A stretch of DNA of 56,388 bases, taken from assembly GCA_030295235.1 (NCBI GenBank), contig AP026179.1, positions 310,001-366,388 on the forward strand, written 5' to 3'. Made by a program: the position numbers and the translations under genes. The stretch's first letter is position 1, and every line of letters begins with the position of its first letter. Of this stretch, positions 36,555 to 49,356 are shown one piece after another. This DNA comes from Fistulifera solaris (taxonomy: Eukaryota). A model generated the notes under the pieces. The model was not told where the DNA came from. It searched no databases and worked only from the letters and a program-made list of their open reading frames with translations.

Positions 36555-37727
36555 ATGGCCAATTTTACCGATTTGTTACGTAGCAACCAAATGCGCTACT
36601 TTGACCCAATGGGCATGCATTTTGCCTGTTTTCAAGAAGAAACTGAAGAACTGTTGGACGCCATTCGCTCGAATGAATCGGTGATCGGCTTTTGGTTTGA
36701 TCCGTTTATACCGCCAAGCGACGAAGATGACGCTCTACGACAAGACTATCTGAATTGGTGTTCTCAGTTGCTCAATGCTTGCAATCAATTTCGCGGATTG
36801 CGACGCGCCTACATGAATACATCACATTTCCCGCTCTCTTTGAAGCAACTATGTCGGTTTGTGCAACAAGCTCGGCAATTAGAGCACTTAAGTCTTGGTT
36901 CCCTCTCGACACTTGACATGTGTGGCTCGTCGGATAGCACTTACTGGCTGGACAGTTCTATAGCACCGTTTTTGCATCGCTTGCGAGAACATTCCCATTT
37001 ATTGTGTTTCGATTTACACCTTCCGGACCAAAAGAGTGACGCTTGTAGAGAGCTTCTTGAGCAGCTTTACTCCTTATCTAACCTGCAGGAGCTGCGAGTG
37101 TCGTTTAGTCGAGCCGGTCATGGCGACCTGAATCGAAAACCTTGCTGGGTTCACTCGCTGATGCAGAATATGCCTCGGCTACAGCGTCTTTCTCTTCGGA
37201 ATGTGGTTCATGATTATAGTACGAACTTTCTGATTGCTCTGCTAGATAACTCAATGTTACAAGAATTGTGTCTGATTGACAATCATGTGGATGAGCTGGG
37301 GTGGAACACATTAGCACAATCCTTGAAAACAAATTGTCGCCTTCAAATACTCCGCATTGGTCATGGAAATTTTGTTCCTGATAGATTTCTCCGTTTTTTG
37401 GCCCAGGCTTTGAGCGGCAATCAAAACACTGCTTTGCAGGAAATTCATTTTGCTGGTAGCAAGTCGGACGAGGGCTGTGACGCGCGTATCAACGCGCTTT
37501 TACTGAACCTAATGTCAACCAATACGTCATTGCAGAGCATCGAAATTGTAAGCCATGAATTAAATGAAGTGATCGAAATGTATTTGAAACTCAATCGCGC
37601 TGGGCGGGCGAAATGGAGGTCAGATTTTGAAGCTTGTTGGGAATGTATGGTGCAACAAGACCTTGATTGTATATATACCATGTTGCAAGAGAATCCAGTC
37701 TTGTGCAGTCAATTTGATACTTCTTGA
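36555..37727 (+). CDS. RNI-like leucine-rich repeat protein
   Basis: LxxLxL repeats (LEHLSL, LQELRV, LQRLSL, LQELCL, LQILRI). C-terminal YLKLNRAGR..LDCIYTMLQENP motif resembles expanded diatom LRR families. Confidence 0.75.
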   Translation: MANFTDLLRSNQMRYFDPMGMHFACFQEETEELLDAIRSNESVIGFWFDPFIPPSDEDDALRQDYLNWCSQLLNACNQFRGLRRAYMNTSHFPLSLKQLCRFVQQARQLEHLSLGSLSTLDMCGSSDSTYWLDSSIAPFLHRLREHSHLLCFDLHLPDQKSDACRELLEQLYSLSNLQELRVSFSRAGHGDLNRKPCWVHSLMQNMPRLQRLSLRNVVHDYSTNFLIALLDNSMLQELCLIDNHVDELGWNTLAQSLKTNCRLQILRIGHGNFVPDRFLRFLAQALSGNQNTALQEIHFAGSKSDEGCDARINALLLNLMSTNTSLQSIEIVSHELNEVIEMYLKLNRAGRAKWRSDFEACWECMVQQDLDCIYTMLQENPVLCSQFDTS

Positions 37728-38155
37728 TCCCTTAAGTATGGGAATCAAAAATAAATTCTTTTCAATTCTTCTCTGTAGACTTCCGACCTTTATTAGCGAA
37801 GCGTTTGTGCCAGCTGTCCGCCAAATTTTTAACCCATGAATTTGTTGGCTCTTTACATTAAGGCACAAATCTGTCCACTTTAGCGGTGCAAAAACAAGGT
37901 GGACGAGCAACTAGAGGCCTCTAGCCGAATTGTTATTGTTTTTGTAAGCTTCAAAACGATAATGATTAACGACGAAGTCGACTGTAATGTGAAGGTGCCC
38001 AAGGACTCATTATCCACAGACAGCACCTGTGAAAGCATCCCAATAGCTGGACAAGAACAGAAGAATCGGATTGAGGAACGTTTCAAACTTTACTTTAGGA
38101 CTCTACCAAGAAGATACTCCGTGGCGAATAATCTGCGAAGGAAACTTCTTTGACA

Positions 38156-38557
38156 TTAAACGCTCAAGTCAATATCTTCGTCATCCTCTTTAATCAAATC
38201 CGAATCAAACTTATACAGTCGATCTTTCGGATTCTTCACATTAATTCCAGCAATACTCGCTACACCCAACAATTCCGCCATTTCTTGCTTTTTGAGATTA
38301 TCTTTATCGTCTCTTACTTTTCGCATGAATTCACCCCGATCTTGCAACCGATATCCCTCAAAAGCCTTTCGTTCTCCCCTGGCAAATTCTTCCGGAACCA
38401 TTTCACGACTGTTACCGAGTCCCCATCCTCCGGTTCCTTCGCCGTATAAAACAGTCCTCGAGGACGACGAAACGAAATCAGCACCGCATTCTGAAGGAAG
38501 AAAGGCGCTGATGGAGGGAAGCAATGCCGACGCCAGTAAGAATAAAAGTCGGCACAT
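38156..38557 (-). CDS. Small, probably plastid-targeted protein
   Basis: Signal peptide MCRLLFLLASALLPSISA followed by F (ISA-FLP), resembling the diatom ASAFAP bipartite targeting motif; Ser-rich transit segment. Confidence 0.65.
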   Translation of the reverse strand: MCRLLFLLASALLPSISAFLPSECGADFVSSSSRTVLYGEGTGGWGLGNSREMVPEEFARGERKAFEGYRLQDRGEFMRKVRDDKDNLKKQEMAELLGVASIAGINVKNPKDRLYKFDSDLIKEDDEDIDLSV

Positions 38558-39254
38558 AATAACGACACTGAGGTTACTATTCATTGATCTTGAGGACGCT
38601 GGAGCAAAAGAGAAAGACGAGTAGACTAATAATAAGGTTTGTTGTCCCTTGAAGAAGTTCGCTGCCAAACACGTCGAACGCGCAACAGCAACCGACGCTT
38701 ACGTCATTTTCACGACACAGCCCAGTCATCTCATAAGGTCGTCTACACTTTGGGACTATAGTGAATCTTGACTTAGGCAAAGGGGGTGGAGGAACTTCAA
38801 TGCAAACAAGTGATTTCTGCGTTGAAAATAGAGAACATAGATAGGTAGCTAATTGAAGCACAAAGAACAGCTTAATGACATGGAAACGTTGGCACTTAGA
38901 CCTATTTATTGGGTATTTTCATTCGCCTAATTCGTGACTGAGTCTTGTCGCTCCGAAAACGGACAACACTTCAAGGCTATAGTGCTCTTTCGACATGCTA
39001 AGTTCGAATCATTACAACTCTTTCGCTCGGCTAAATTGCGTCTCGCTCGCTACGAAAAAGGCAATAAAAAAGAAGGCGAGGTGACTCTAGTTTGATAACA
39101 AAGACTCCCTGTCGGAAACCTTGAATTAATTATTTGAAAAAATCTTTTTTTACAAAACGTAAACCCAAACTAACGATTCGCCCGACGGACTAGGCCGTAA
39201 CCTGATCTGAATCAGATGGCAGCCCCCATGATTATCACCACGGTGATGACTTGG

Positions 39255-39372
39255 TAATCCTTCACTAGGTGATACCTCTAGTGAAGGATTAATGAATCTG
39301 GGAACGGCGTTAAAATTCTGCCTCGTCGTAGACGCTACGTAGAATCTTGTACTGGGAGGCAGAATTTTAACG
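39255..39372. other. Two adjacent perfect inverted repeats (hairpins)
   Basis: 14-bp TAATCCTTCACTAG/CTAGTGAAGGATTA (39255-39291) and 17-bp CGTTAAAATTCTGCCTC/GAGGCAGAATTTTAACG (39308-39372). Confidence 0.85.
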
Positions 39373-39630
39373 TCCCCTTCCCTGCCATAGGGATGGATAG
39401 GACATAAGTACGCTAAACTCTCAATTTTAATTTAATTGGTTGGAATCTCCGTGCGACAGAAGGATGCTTTTAATAATTGAACTACTATGAACTGAAATGT
39501 AGTCTTGACCGACAGCTACGTTCCGCAGGTTCTGCAAAAGGCAAGAACATACTTCTTGTAAACCCTCAACTGTGTCATCGCATCGCTTGAAACAAAAGCA
39601 AAAGATTCAAATCAACACACTCAACTCAAC

Positions 39631-40834
39631 ATGAATAATATAGAAAGCAATACATCGCGTAAGAATGAGATAATTGATTTGACGGAAGCAAACCCGGCGA
39701 AGCGGCAAACGCAACAAACGATAATCGATTTGTCGATGGACGATGATGTTGGTGATGATTACACGCACAACATGATGCGGAATTTTGCAGGCTCTCGGAG
39801 AAAGCGTAAGCGTCAGATTGAGAACGAAACAGTCAATCCTATCAGTAACAATGTGGAAGTCATTGACTTAGAGGCTCTAACAGCTAAGGCCTGCTCGGAG
39901 AATACGCAACCTTCGACCACCGAGCAAGATGAGGAGACTCTCTACAAACAATCACTGGGACCAATTCGAATGGAATTCGTTTCCGATTTCAACCCAAAAC
40001 ACAAATTCGCGGGAACATTGCGGAATCCTACCATGAAAACGACTAAGTTGTATCAAGAGCTCCTCGAATATCAGCTCAGTTTGCCCGTACACGCCCAAAG
40101 TTCCATTTTTGTTCGGGTCCAAGAGTCGCGACTCGATCTGCTTCGTGTTGCTATCACGGGTCCCGAGGGTTCTCCGTACGAGAATGGTGTCTTTTTCTTT
40201 GATTGCTTTTTTGCAAGATTATCCGGCACGTCCTCCGCGCGTCCAGTTCCTGACGACTGGAGGTGGAACGATTCGATTCAATCCTAATCTCTATAATTGT
40301 GGCAAAGTGTGTCTCAGTTTACTAGGAACGTGGAGCGGTCCGGGCTGGGAACCGAACAAATCGACGCTACTACAAATTCTAATAAGTATCCAGGCTATGG
40401 TGTTGGTCAAGGATCCCTACTTTAATGAGCCGGGTTTTCACCCAAAGCAGCGCGACGCTGCGGAGACGAGTGAACAATACAATCAGAAGATTCGCTCCTA
40501 CACGACAGTCTACGCCATGCGAGACATGCTGAAACACGCTACTTCATCCGGTCTCTATTTTGAATTTGCCCCTGTACTGCGTTTGCATTTTCAGTGCCGC
40601 GAGAAACGAATAGAGCATCAGCTGCAAGAGTGGGTGGCGAAGAATAGCAATTTGGAAACGGCAGTACAAGAAATTCGATCACTTTTAGGGAGCTTGGAAC
40701 GGGTTTGTGAAAATGATTCTTTAGGTTTCATGATTGTGGATCTTTGGAGCGATTCATTGCAAGGAATTCGGAGCAGCAGGAATTCTTCCCTTTTACGTTC
40801 CTCCACATTCTGCCCGTTGGGGTGCGGCTGCTGA
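39631..40834 (+). CDS. Ubiquitin-conjugating enzyme (BIRC6/UBE2Z/UBE2O-type UBC) with N-terminal SIM-like motifs
   Basis: ITGPEGSPYENGVFFFD, RFNPNLYNCGKVCLSLLGTW (catalytic Cys) and PYFNEPG. The two ORFs join via an indel in the T-run at ~40207-40212. Confidence 0.85.
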
Positions 40835-41024
40835 ACTAACTAATTGGTCTGTTCGAGTAGAGCTTAACAAATGATGGGAACGTTGGTCGTTGATGAGGAA
40901 GCGGAAAGGCTAGTACATTCCTTACGTTTAAACAACAGAATACAGAATCGTAGTGGTTTTGTTGTATTAAGTTTTTCACGGATGCTGCACGAGCCCCTTA
41001 ATCTTTTCGACTCGGAAGAACTAT

Positions 41025-44000
41025 CTAAACCTCTGCCTCTTTCATGAGTGATCCCATGGAATCCGTTCGACTACTATTGTGCAAACCCGATGCTTCGTAA
41101 ATTTCACCCCTGTCAGCAAGAGGATCAACAGCATAGTTTGGCGGCTCGAGAGTCAAACTTTCTTCTGCTCTCATGATGGTGTTATCGACAAGTGTCTCGG
41201 ACGGTTCGGGCACATCATCCATTTCACCATTTGATGGCAGCTCTTCGCCATTCTGCACAATTTTGCTTAACTCAAGATTCCGAACAGCGTCACCTCCGTT
41301 TCCTTCCTCGATGCCTGAAGAATCCGCCGGCTCGTTTTCAAGCTTCTCTGTTGGCTGTGATTCGGAATATAAACCATCATTTTCGTTGTCGGTGGAAGCA
41401 TTTTCCTTTAGCGCAATATCTGGGGTCGAAGATACACGTGTAACAAGCATTTGGGTGAGACTCAAGATCTCTTCCTTTTGCAACCGATACCGCCCAGCAA
41501 AACTGGCGTGATCCACTGCATTGAATGCAAATGGAAGGCATCGAAACTGGAAAACCCATTGAGCAGCTCCTTCAACAAGTCAGTAAATTTTGCATAAATG
41601 ACTTCGTCTGCGTGAGTGTGGCCATACTCTGAAGCGAGACGCTCGACCTCCAAATACTTTGCTATGAGTTTCCGCGTTTCTTCCATTACTAGTTTCTGCC
41701 CTGTAGTTGTTCGAATTGGTTTACCGTCGTCGGAAGTGTGAGCGTCAAAACCTTCACTCCTAGCGGCAATCTGCAAAATAAAGCGATTCAGCCATTTTCT
41801 TGCATACACGGCTGTCTCAATATGGTCGGGTCTGTCAATACAAAAGGGATTTTGAGAAAAATTTGCAAAAATAGCAAGCTTTCAAGCAATACGGTTAAAA
41901 ATACTCACGCTCTCGGCAATGGCTCTTCTTTCTTCTTCGTTCCCTGTGTTAGAAGTAAAGCCGCTTTCTCCCAATCTTGGATACCCGCCCCGAGGCCTGC
42001 AATAAGAAAGAGGATCCACTTCATCGAGATGGACAGACTATTGTTTGTTAGTAGTCGTCCGACAATATAGACCGCATTGCTTCCGATATAACGTCGACTC
42101 GTGAGCAGTTTTTCTTCTGCAACGAATTCCTCTACTGAGCTTAAATATTCCCTTTCAGCCATTTCGGTAACCTTGGCCATCGACGACTCGTCATCCGCTT
42201 GTGTTTCTTGTGTATTATTTGTGGCCACTGTCGGTTTCTCGGGGAAACCCCTCGCCGTCAAGCATCGACGCAACATGTGACAAGCCGTCGCCCAGACGTC
42301 TTCGCTACGCAGGGATTTGTCCAAATCCTTGACCAAAAATTCTTCCAATCGATAAAGGCCACGGACGGCCACAGGTCCGTTGTCCGAAATAAGACAGTTG
42401 TTTAGAATTGCAAGAACTTCGTCAACGAGTGATGTGTCGTCAAAAACAATGATAGACCTCAAGCAGATGCTAATACACAAGTTCAACACCACATCAAATG
42501 TCGTGTCAAGCCAATCGGTACCTGAAAAGGGAACCTCTTCGACAGCTTCGTCGACTCTGTTCTTTGTGACTTTGGGAACCAAGAAAAGATCAATATCCTC
42601 TGGCAAAGTGGGTCGCTGACTCTCTTCGCTATCGATCCCAGTCTCAGCAAATTCCAAGACGGGAGTCAATATACCGCGAAAGATCAATTGTAGTGTCTGC
42701 ATACTGTCATCAGGACTCTTGCCTTTACATATGCAGCTCTTATCACCAGGAAAGAAATACCTGTTGATAATATGTTCGAGTGCCTCGATAGATTTCGTTC
42801 GAATAGTTAATCGTTCATCGCCAACTGCTTTTGATAATCCAAGCAGAATTGGCCACCACAATTCCAGTTCCTTTGTAGAAATGTCCGTCTCTAACGGAAT
42901 CTCGCTTGGGCGACGTCGTCCCCTTGGTATATCCGATTTGCTGGCTAGAAACTCTGCCAAGATAAGCAATTTATCAACTGCCATTGAGCTAAGATCATGG
43001 TTGGGACCGTCTACGAACCTCAAATAAGCTGTTGCACATTCAACAAAATGGTCATCCAAAACTCCGGCATGTTCCGATGTTCGACTTAGACATGGTTCAA
43101 TGGCTTGATTTAGAATTTCGCTGCTCATTTCTGCAATAGACTTATCTACATCCTGTCCACCTAATCCCAAAATCGACAAGAGAGGGACCCATCCGCTTCT
43201 CAAACCACCGCGATGAGCAGATGATTCATTTAAGTCCTCGCCGAACACATGAATGATGCGAGCAACGCAATTCAACAATAGCTCCTTGGTACTCATCTGT
43301 TTTGATCGACCCATAACAGTCTCGAGTGGTTTTAGAAATCGCTTTTGGAATTCAAACACTTCTAGTTCTTCGCGTTGCAGATACTGAATACTCATCTGCC
43401 GAAAAGAATCGACTGCGTACATTGCAAGCGCTGGATTTGGATGTAGTGCCGTTTCGGTAAGATGCTCCGCTACAATGCTCCAGAGTTCCGCGAACAACAA
43501 CCGTGGTCTCGAGTCCATGTTGTAGTGTGTAACCTCAACAAGCTTCTGCAGGTTGTAAATGTTAGGCTGGCTGTGATGAAATGGATCTTTGCCCGATCCT
43601 TTTGAGAGTTAGCCAGAAGGACGTGATGATCGCGATATGCAACTGCAGTCAAATCTGTCTTCGTCCCTAATGCAACTCCGGCCAACGCTCCAACTGATAT
43701 CTCCGACTTTGATACTCGACAAAGGTGAAGAACAAACTCTTTCACTGCCCCGGGGCTTAAGGACGAAGAACGCTCGTATATGGCCTCGATGATAGTCTCA
43801 GAAACAGCGTCGTAGACTGCTCTAGCATTTGCTTCGTCTATAGCCTTGGAATCCATTTCCTCTTCCAGTTGGAAGTCGTCGTCGTCGAAAAAGGTAGACT
43901 CGGCAAGTGAATCCTCATCAGTCGAATAAGATGCATCGGTATCGGGCCCGTTGAGCGACTCTCCATCTTCCGCCGCTGCACGGCGCCTTTCCTGCTCCTT

Positions 44001-47000
44001 TCGCTTGGCGCTCTTCGCTTCGAGCTTCGCCCGACGACGCTCGGCCGCGGCACTGGCGACGCGGTCATTTCTGGCCATCAGGTGAAATAGCTGGTGAAAT
44101 CGATTAATTTCGCTTAAAGCCTTAAACACATGCTCCCACGATCTACCAAGAAGCTCGCCGCTTTCTTTGGCCAGGCTCAACATAGTTTGCATACAGCGTA
44201 AGTGACGTGGCTCGAGTAGTCTTCCAGAACCCAGTTGAGTGAAACCAGCTAATGCGCCCATATAGGCATCCCGAGCAGTACTATTACCGCATAGACCAGA
44301 CGTTGTAATGGCAAACCGAAAACCAGTCAAACAAACCTCTATCGTTTCAGCGGCATTCTCAGCAGCAATCTCTAACTCGTCATCAGATGCAATGTTAATT
44401 AAAGAACCAGTCCCATTCGCCGACTCCATAGCAGTCGAAAATGCGGCCAATGCCGGGCCCCAAGCTACATCAAACATAGGAGAAACATACTCATCGCGTA
44501 AACCGCTATCTTCTGCCATAACGAACCGCTGTGTATGATGTCGACTTGGCTTGTCGGTCTTAGATTTGATATTCTTATGACTCACGTCAGACGGGCGGCG
44601 ACGCTTTAGCAGTGATTCCGTGGTTCGCAAAATATGATCACGTTCTTTTGAAAGTTGCTTTCCTTTGCGCGATCAGAATCTTCTTGTGCTGCAAAAAACG
44701 AAACAGTATTCGGGAGACTGACGACAGCTGCTCTCTCTCGTGCTTCGTCATCTTCCTTCAAACTAATCGGATTTCTCTTAATTCTGTCAAATATAGATGA
44801 GAGAAGATCTTCTGGCAAATCTTTGCCATCACAAATGCCACGGTTGTTTCGAATAAAGCCCTCTTTGGTCATCCGACGTTCTTCTTTGATAGCAGGATTG
44901 TGAAGGTCAGTGTTGAGCATTATGATCGAGAAAGACAAAATGAATGCAGCGTCCGCAGATGGGAAAACGCCAGCGTTTTGTTCGGTGAAGCGCTCTGCAA
45001 ACTTTTCCATGATTCGATCAATCTAGCGAGTTGAGCGCCAAAAATAGTGTGAGCATTTTCGAGTCAGCGTCCCAAACACGCGAGACAAAGTATTGCCCTA
45101 CCTTCTGAGCCTCACCCGGCAATCGAAACGAGCTGAGGAAATACCTAATGGCGTCATCAAAAGGAAGTCCTTCAAAATTTAGTAAACGCACGTATTCGTG
45201 TAAAACCTTGATCGAAAATCCGTTTTGGTATTCCACTTCACGACCAAGGTATTCACCGATTTGAGTCTTATCGAAAGCATCTTTTAGTTGTAAAGGTATT
45301 TCGCAACTTCCTTCGGATCTTCCCCGTCCAAATGTCCACACTTGACTGCATAGGCGATCCCAGCAGAAGGCTTCTGATTGAAACGTAAGATAATTTCTGT
45401 CTCCTCCTTACGTCGTTTGACCTTTGATCCGTAAATTTCAACGAGATTTCGCTTTTCATCGCCGTCTAAAGCTTCTTGGTCCAAGATCGAGCCGCCTTTC
45501 TGACTAAGAATATTTTCATCCTTTTGTTTTACATTTGCCGCCAAAGGCTCAATGATACATGCGTGTAAGCTGGCCAAAACCTGTCGGAGTGCCTTCATCG
45601 CCGTCAACCTCAACACTCGATTTTCGCTTCGCTGTTTTGCAATACGAGCTACACCTTGGCTTCCCATGAATAGTGTACTGCCGCGCGATTGTTCTTGCAA
45701 GCCAGAACGCGAAACAGTGGATAGTGTGTTGACGATCCTGTGGAAGAGATCAACAGCGCTGAGATCGCAGTCGTAATTCAAAAGATCTCAGCTAATGTTT
45801 TCGGATCTGAACATATTTCTTCGAACGTCTTGACGACTAGTGATTTGTGTTCAGCAGGAGAGTTCTTCGAGTCGAGAATGACAAAGAACACATTCGTGAC
45901 AAACGCCTCGATTTCATTCTTGAGAATAGATCGAAAATTACGAACTAAAGGCACGAAAATGCGGAGACTCAGATTCACCACGTCTGTGTTGTCTGAAGTG
46001 CAGTTTTTCAGAAGAGAAACACAGAGATAGTTCTTGATAGCAGTGTGAAATTGCGGCCCACTTTTCTCGATGAATTCTTTTGTGACATTCATGTGTTGAA
46101 GCACGTACAAAATGAGCTCCAATGCCAGGAGTTTTGACTCAAGAGCAGGATGAATCGCTGACGTAAAAGTAAATGCGCGTGTTCGTGTCCCGCTTCGCCT
46201 CCTCCATTGGTCAGCGTACTGCGACTACCTTGGGTAGCATCCTGTCTCTCATCCCATGTATCAGCGCTTCCACTCGCTTGCAATCCCACAAAGAACCTGC
46301 ACTGTCTACATCAGGTAGACTGCGCATACTGAGCTTGCAAAGCGACCGCAACACTAAGAACACGTCTCTGTGGTTCTCCGAAGGAAAATGGTCTTTGGTT
46401 GGCTCCATCTTATCCGTATCTGTGAGAACCACACGGTTAAAGACGCTTGTGGTGAGCTGTTGCAACGCAGCACGTGCAGTGGTGCGATTCGACATTGATT
46501 CGGTGGTTAAGTAAACATGGTAAAGCGTTCGAATCGATTGCAACAAATATCCACCATGGAGTAGCGCTTCTCCGTTATCTACGGTGCGACAGCCACTAAC
46601 CAAAAGAAACTTCATGGCAGCTAGTTCGTTTCGGTCAAGGCTGAGATCTGCATTGAATACGGATTGGGTAAGCATGTCAATGACGACCTTATTCTCCTGC
46701 TCGCCTACTCTACCAAGCGCCACAGATACACCATCGAGGCACCCGTGTGCCACCAGCTCCGAAGCTGCGTCGAAAACACCCAACAAGAGGAGCGAAAATT
46801 CAAGCTGACCCTTGCGGTCTTTCTTTTCGAAGTTGCGCGAGCTAGCATGGCCCCACATCGAAAATAAGTTTACAAACGCAGTAAGTGCACGCCGAGCGCG
46901 GTCCGCTGTATCACCCGCTTCGCCCATTACAGCATTCACGACGCGATCTGATTCGTCGGGTATCTCTTCTTCTTCTCCTTCTTCAAACAAGATATCCATC

Positions 47001-48223
47001 AATTCACGGTAAGGAACAAATACAGGATCCTCTTTTGCACGAAAAATATAGCTCATGATAGGTCTTCCTTTCTTGCCTCCGTACGTTGAAATCACATTCT
47101 GACGAGTCTTGTGCGCGAATTTCCGAAGCAAGCGAAGCGTGCCATCGGGATCCGGAATCGGCGTTTCATCTTTAATTTGACCTGGTCCAGATGAAGTTCG
47201 ACGTTCATGGATAGGAAGCGGGGCAGAGGAGGGCATTTCGTTGGGCTCAGAATGATCGAATGCGTCCTCTAAGTGGTGTTTATCCTCTTCATTCATTTCT
47301 TTTCCCTGAGAGGGTGCGTCAGAAGTCTCGACAAGACCTCCGCTGTTGGTTACCGTGTCCGCTGGGCCTTGCGCCGCAACTGATTGCTGCAGTCCATTAT
47401 CTTGTGATTCCGGTGACTGTTCTGGTCCAGGAAGTTGCTCGGCAGAGGGCACTTGAATAATAGCGGGACGATCACAGGGCGATTTCGCGTCAGTGACAGT
47501 CGCTTCATCAACAGAAAGCTCTGCTTCGTCTTTCTTTAACTGCTGAACCCCGTCGTCAGCAGGAGACTCCTGAACAGCCTCCTCATCATTCGAAACCTGC
47601 ACCTCATCAACTCCAGATACGTCAGGTTCTGCTGCTGCCCCTTCGGTCACGTCTTCCGTGGGTTCCGCAGCTGACGCGGGCGCTGCCGATCCGAACCACC
47701 CGCTAAAGTAGCTAGAGTACGAACTCACTAGAGCATCAGCTGTGTTCATATTTGGCTGTGAGTCCGGGGAAACATCGTCTAGGGGAGATTCAGCAGTAGA
47801 ATCTGCAGGCTCTTCGTCGACGGGCGCATCGGATAGAGAAGGATCAGCCTGTGGCTCCTCGGCACCTTCTTCCTTGTTTTCCACGGTAGGCGGGATGTCT
47901 TCGGCAGAAGTCGCTTCTTGAGTTTCAACTCCATTCTGTTGTTCCTCTTCGGCGTGCGGAAGGGCAGGAATGGTTTCCTCAAGTGCCCCGCTTGACTCAT
48001 CTTCAATCTGAGGCACCGGAAGCTGTTCTACGAGATCGTCTTCGGTAGGTCGCAGCAAAGAAGGAGCTTGAAGATTAATCGTATCACTTGGCGGCGATTG
48101 CATCGCGCGTCTACTATTGTTACTCAATCTAGGGGTTTCCTCTTCGACCGCGACAGTCAAGCCCGCAAATAATCCGGTCATTCGAACTGGCGACTCCGTA
48201 GACGAAGCGCTGTCCTGTTCCAT
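41025..48223 (-). CDS. Large Sec7-domain ARF guanine-nucleotide exchange factor (BIG/Sec7 type)
   Basis: DCB/HUS region (LCVSLLKN, NYDCD), Sec7 motifs FRLPGEAQKIDRIMEKFA and LSFSIIMLNTDLHNP, HDS domains (YAVDSFRQ, FQKRFLKP, LRSGW, WWPILLGL). Introns 45023-45101 and 41832-41908; several indels. Confidence 0.9.
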
Positions 48224-49356
48224 TGTAAGAAGGTTGCTAGTTTTATAATAGCCTTCTTACCGAGTTAAAGTAAAATAGGCAGAATCGAAACAGTCTGCAA
48301 TGAAGTCTTTTAAAGCGCTTGCTGTTTACGACTTGCGGCGCATAATGATAATCTTTTTCTCGTCGTCTCGCGTCCGTTCCGCTTTTATTTTTCTGTCTCC
48401 CACACCTTCAGGATCCTCTCGGACGCGAGGATGACGATGACCTTTCAACATTCGGTCACACAGACGCCGCTTCGTGTGCTGTTGCGGTTGGTGCGTGACC
48501 AAAAAACAGTCGTGATAAAGTTCTGCTTACACTTCAGTCTATAGTCTATATAGTTCTCGGGAAGACAACCTCCGGGTCCCCTCTGTCGATAGATTTCCTC
48601 TACGAGGCCAGGTGAAATGTACGGTACTTCTACAAGTACCGTACCTGGTACCGCAGGCAATCGCAGAGCAACGATGATTGAAATACAAGTACAAGATGAC
48701 TACTTGTGCTCTCCTTCATTACACTCATATTCGAACATCAGTTGTGGGTATCAAGAATGGACCGTAACCGACGCTGTAATCATATTCGGCCTTCCAGATG
48801 TCGACGAGATTGCCAGCACGTTGTTCCCTGAAATCGACTCTCTTCTCCGCATGGTGTAAGCTCCATGAATAACTGGCCTATTTACAAACTGGAGATCAAT
48901 TGAAAAGATTTTTCTGCCCGCTCAAACGAATTGAGACACATTTTCATATAGTACGGTTGCTTGTTGACTGTAAGAATCTCTTCAGGCAGTGTTCGCAAAG
49001 AGCTCATTTTCCGTTTCGAACCTCGGGCGTCGTTACAATAAATCGTCCCACATGAGAAACACAAAACATAAACAAATTAGCTTCCCCCCAAAATCGTTAT
49101 GTTCAACTACAGACTTGGCGAGCCAGCGTCGATGTACACAAAATAGCAGTTGCCATTAAGAAGGACCTCACATGTACTTTGTAACCACGCGAGGCAGCCG
49201 GCTTCTCTTCAAAGTCCAACAAAGTCAACATGGTCGCAACGTGCAGAACGCCGATGACAAACAAAGAAGCTCTTTTCAAGCCTGTCCACAAAATGTGATG
49301 GCTGTACAATCGACTACTTTGTAATATTCAAAGCAACATCAACGTTTCTCGGAAAC

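Noticed and set aside
39195..39225. TPP riboswitch (AACCTGATCTG resembles its core)
   Set aside because: The upstream CTGAGA and downstream TAAT..CCAGCG.AGG elements are absent, and no thiamine gene is adjacent.
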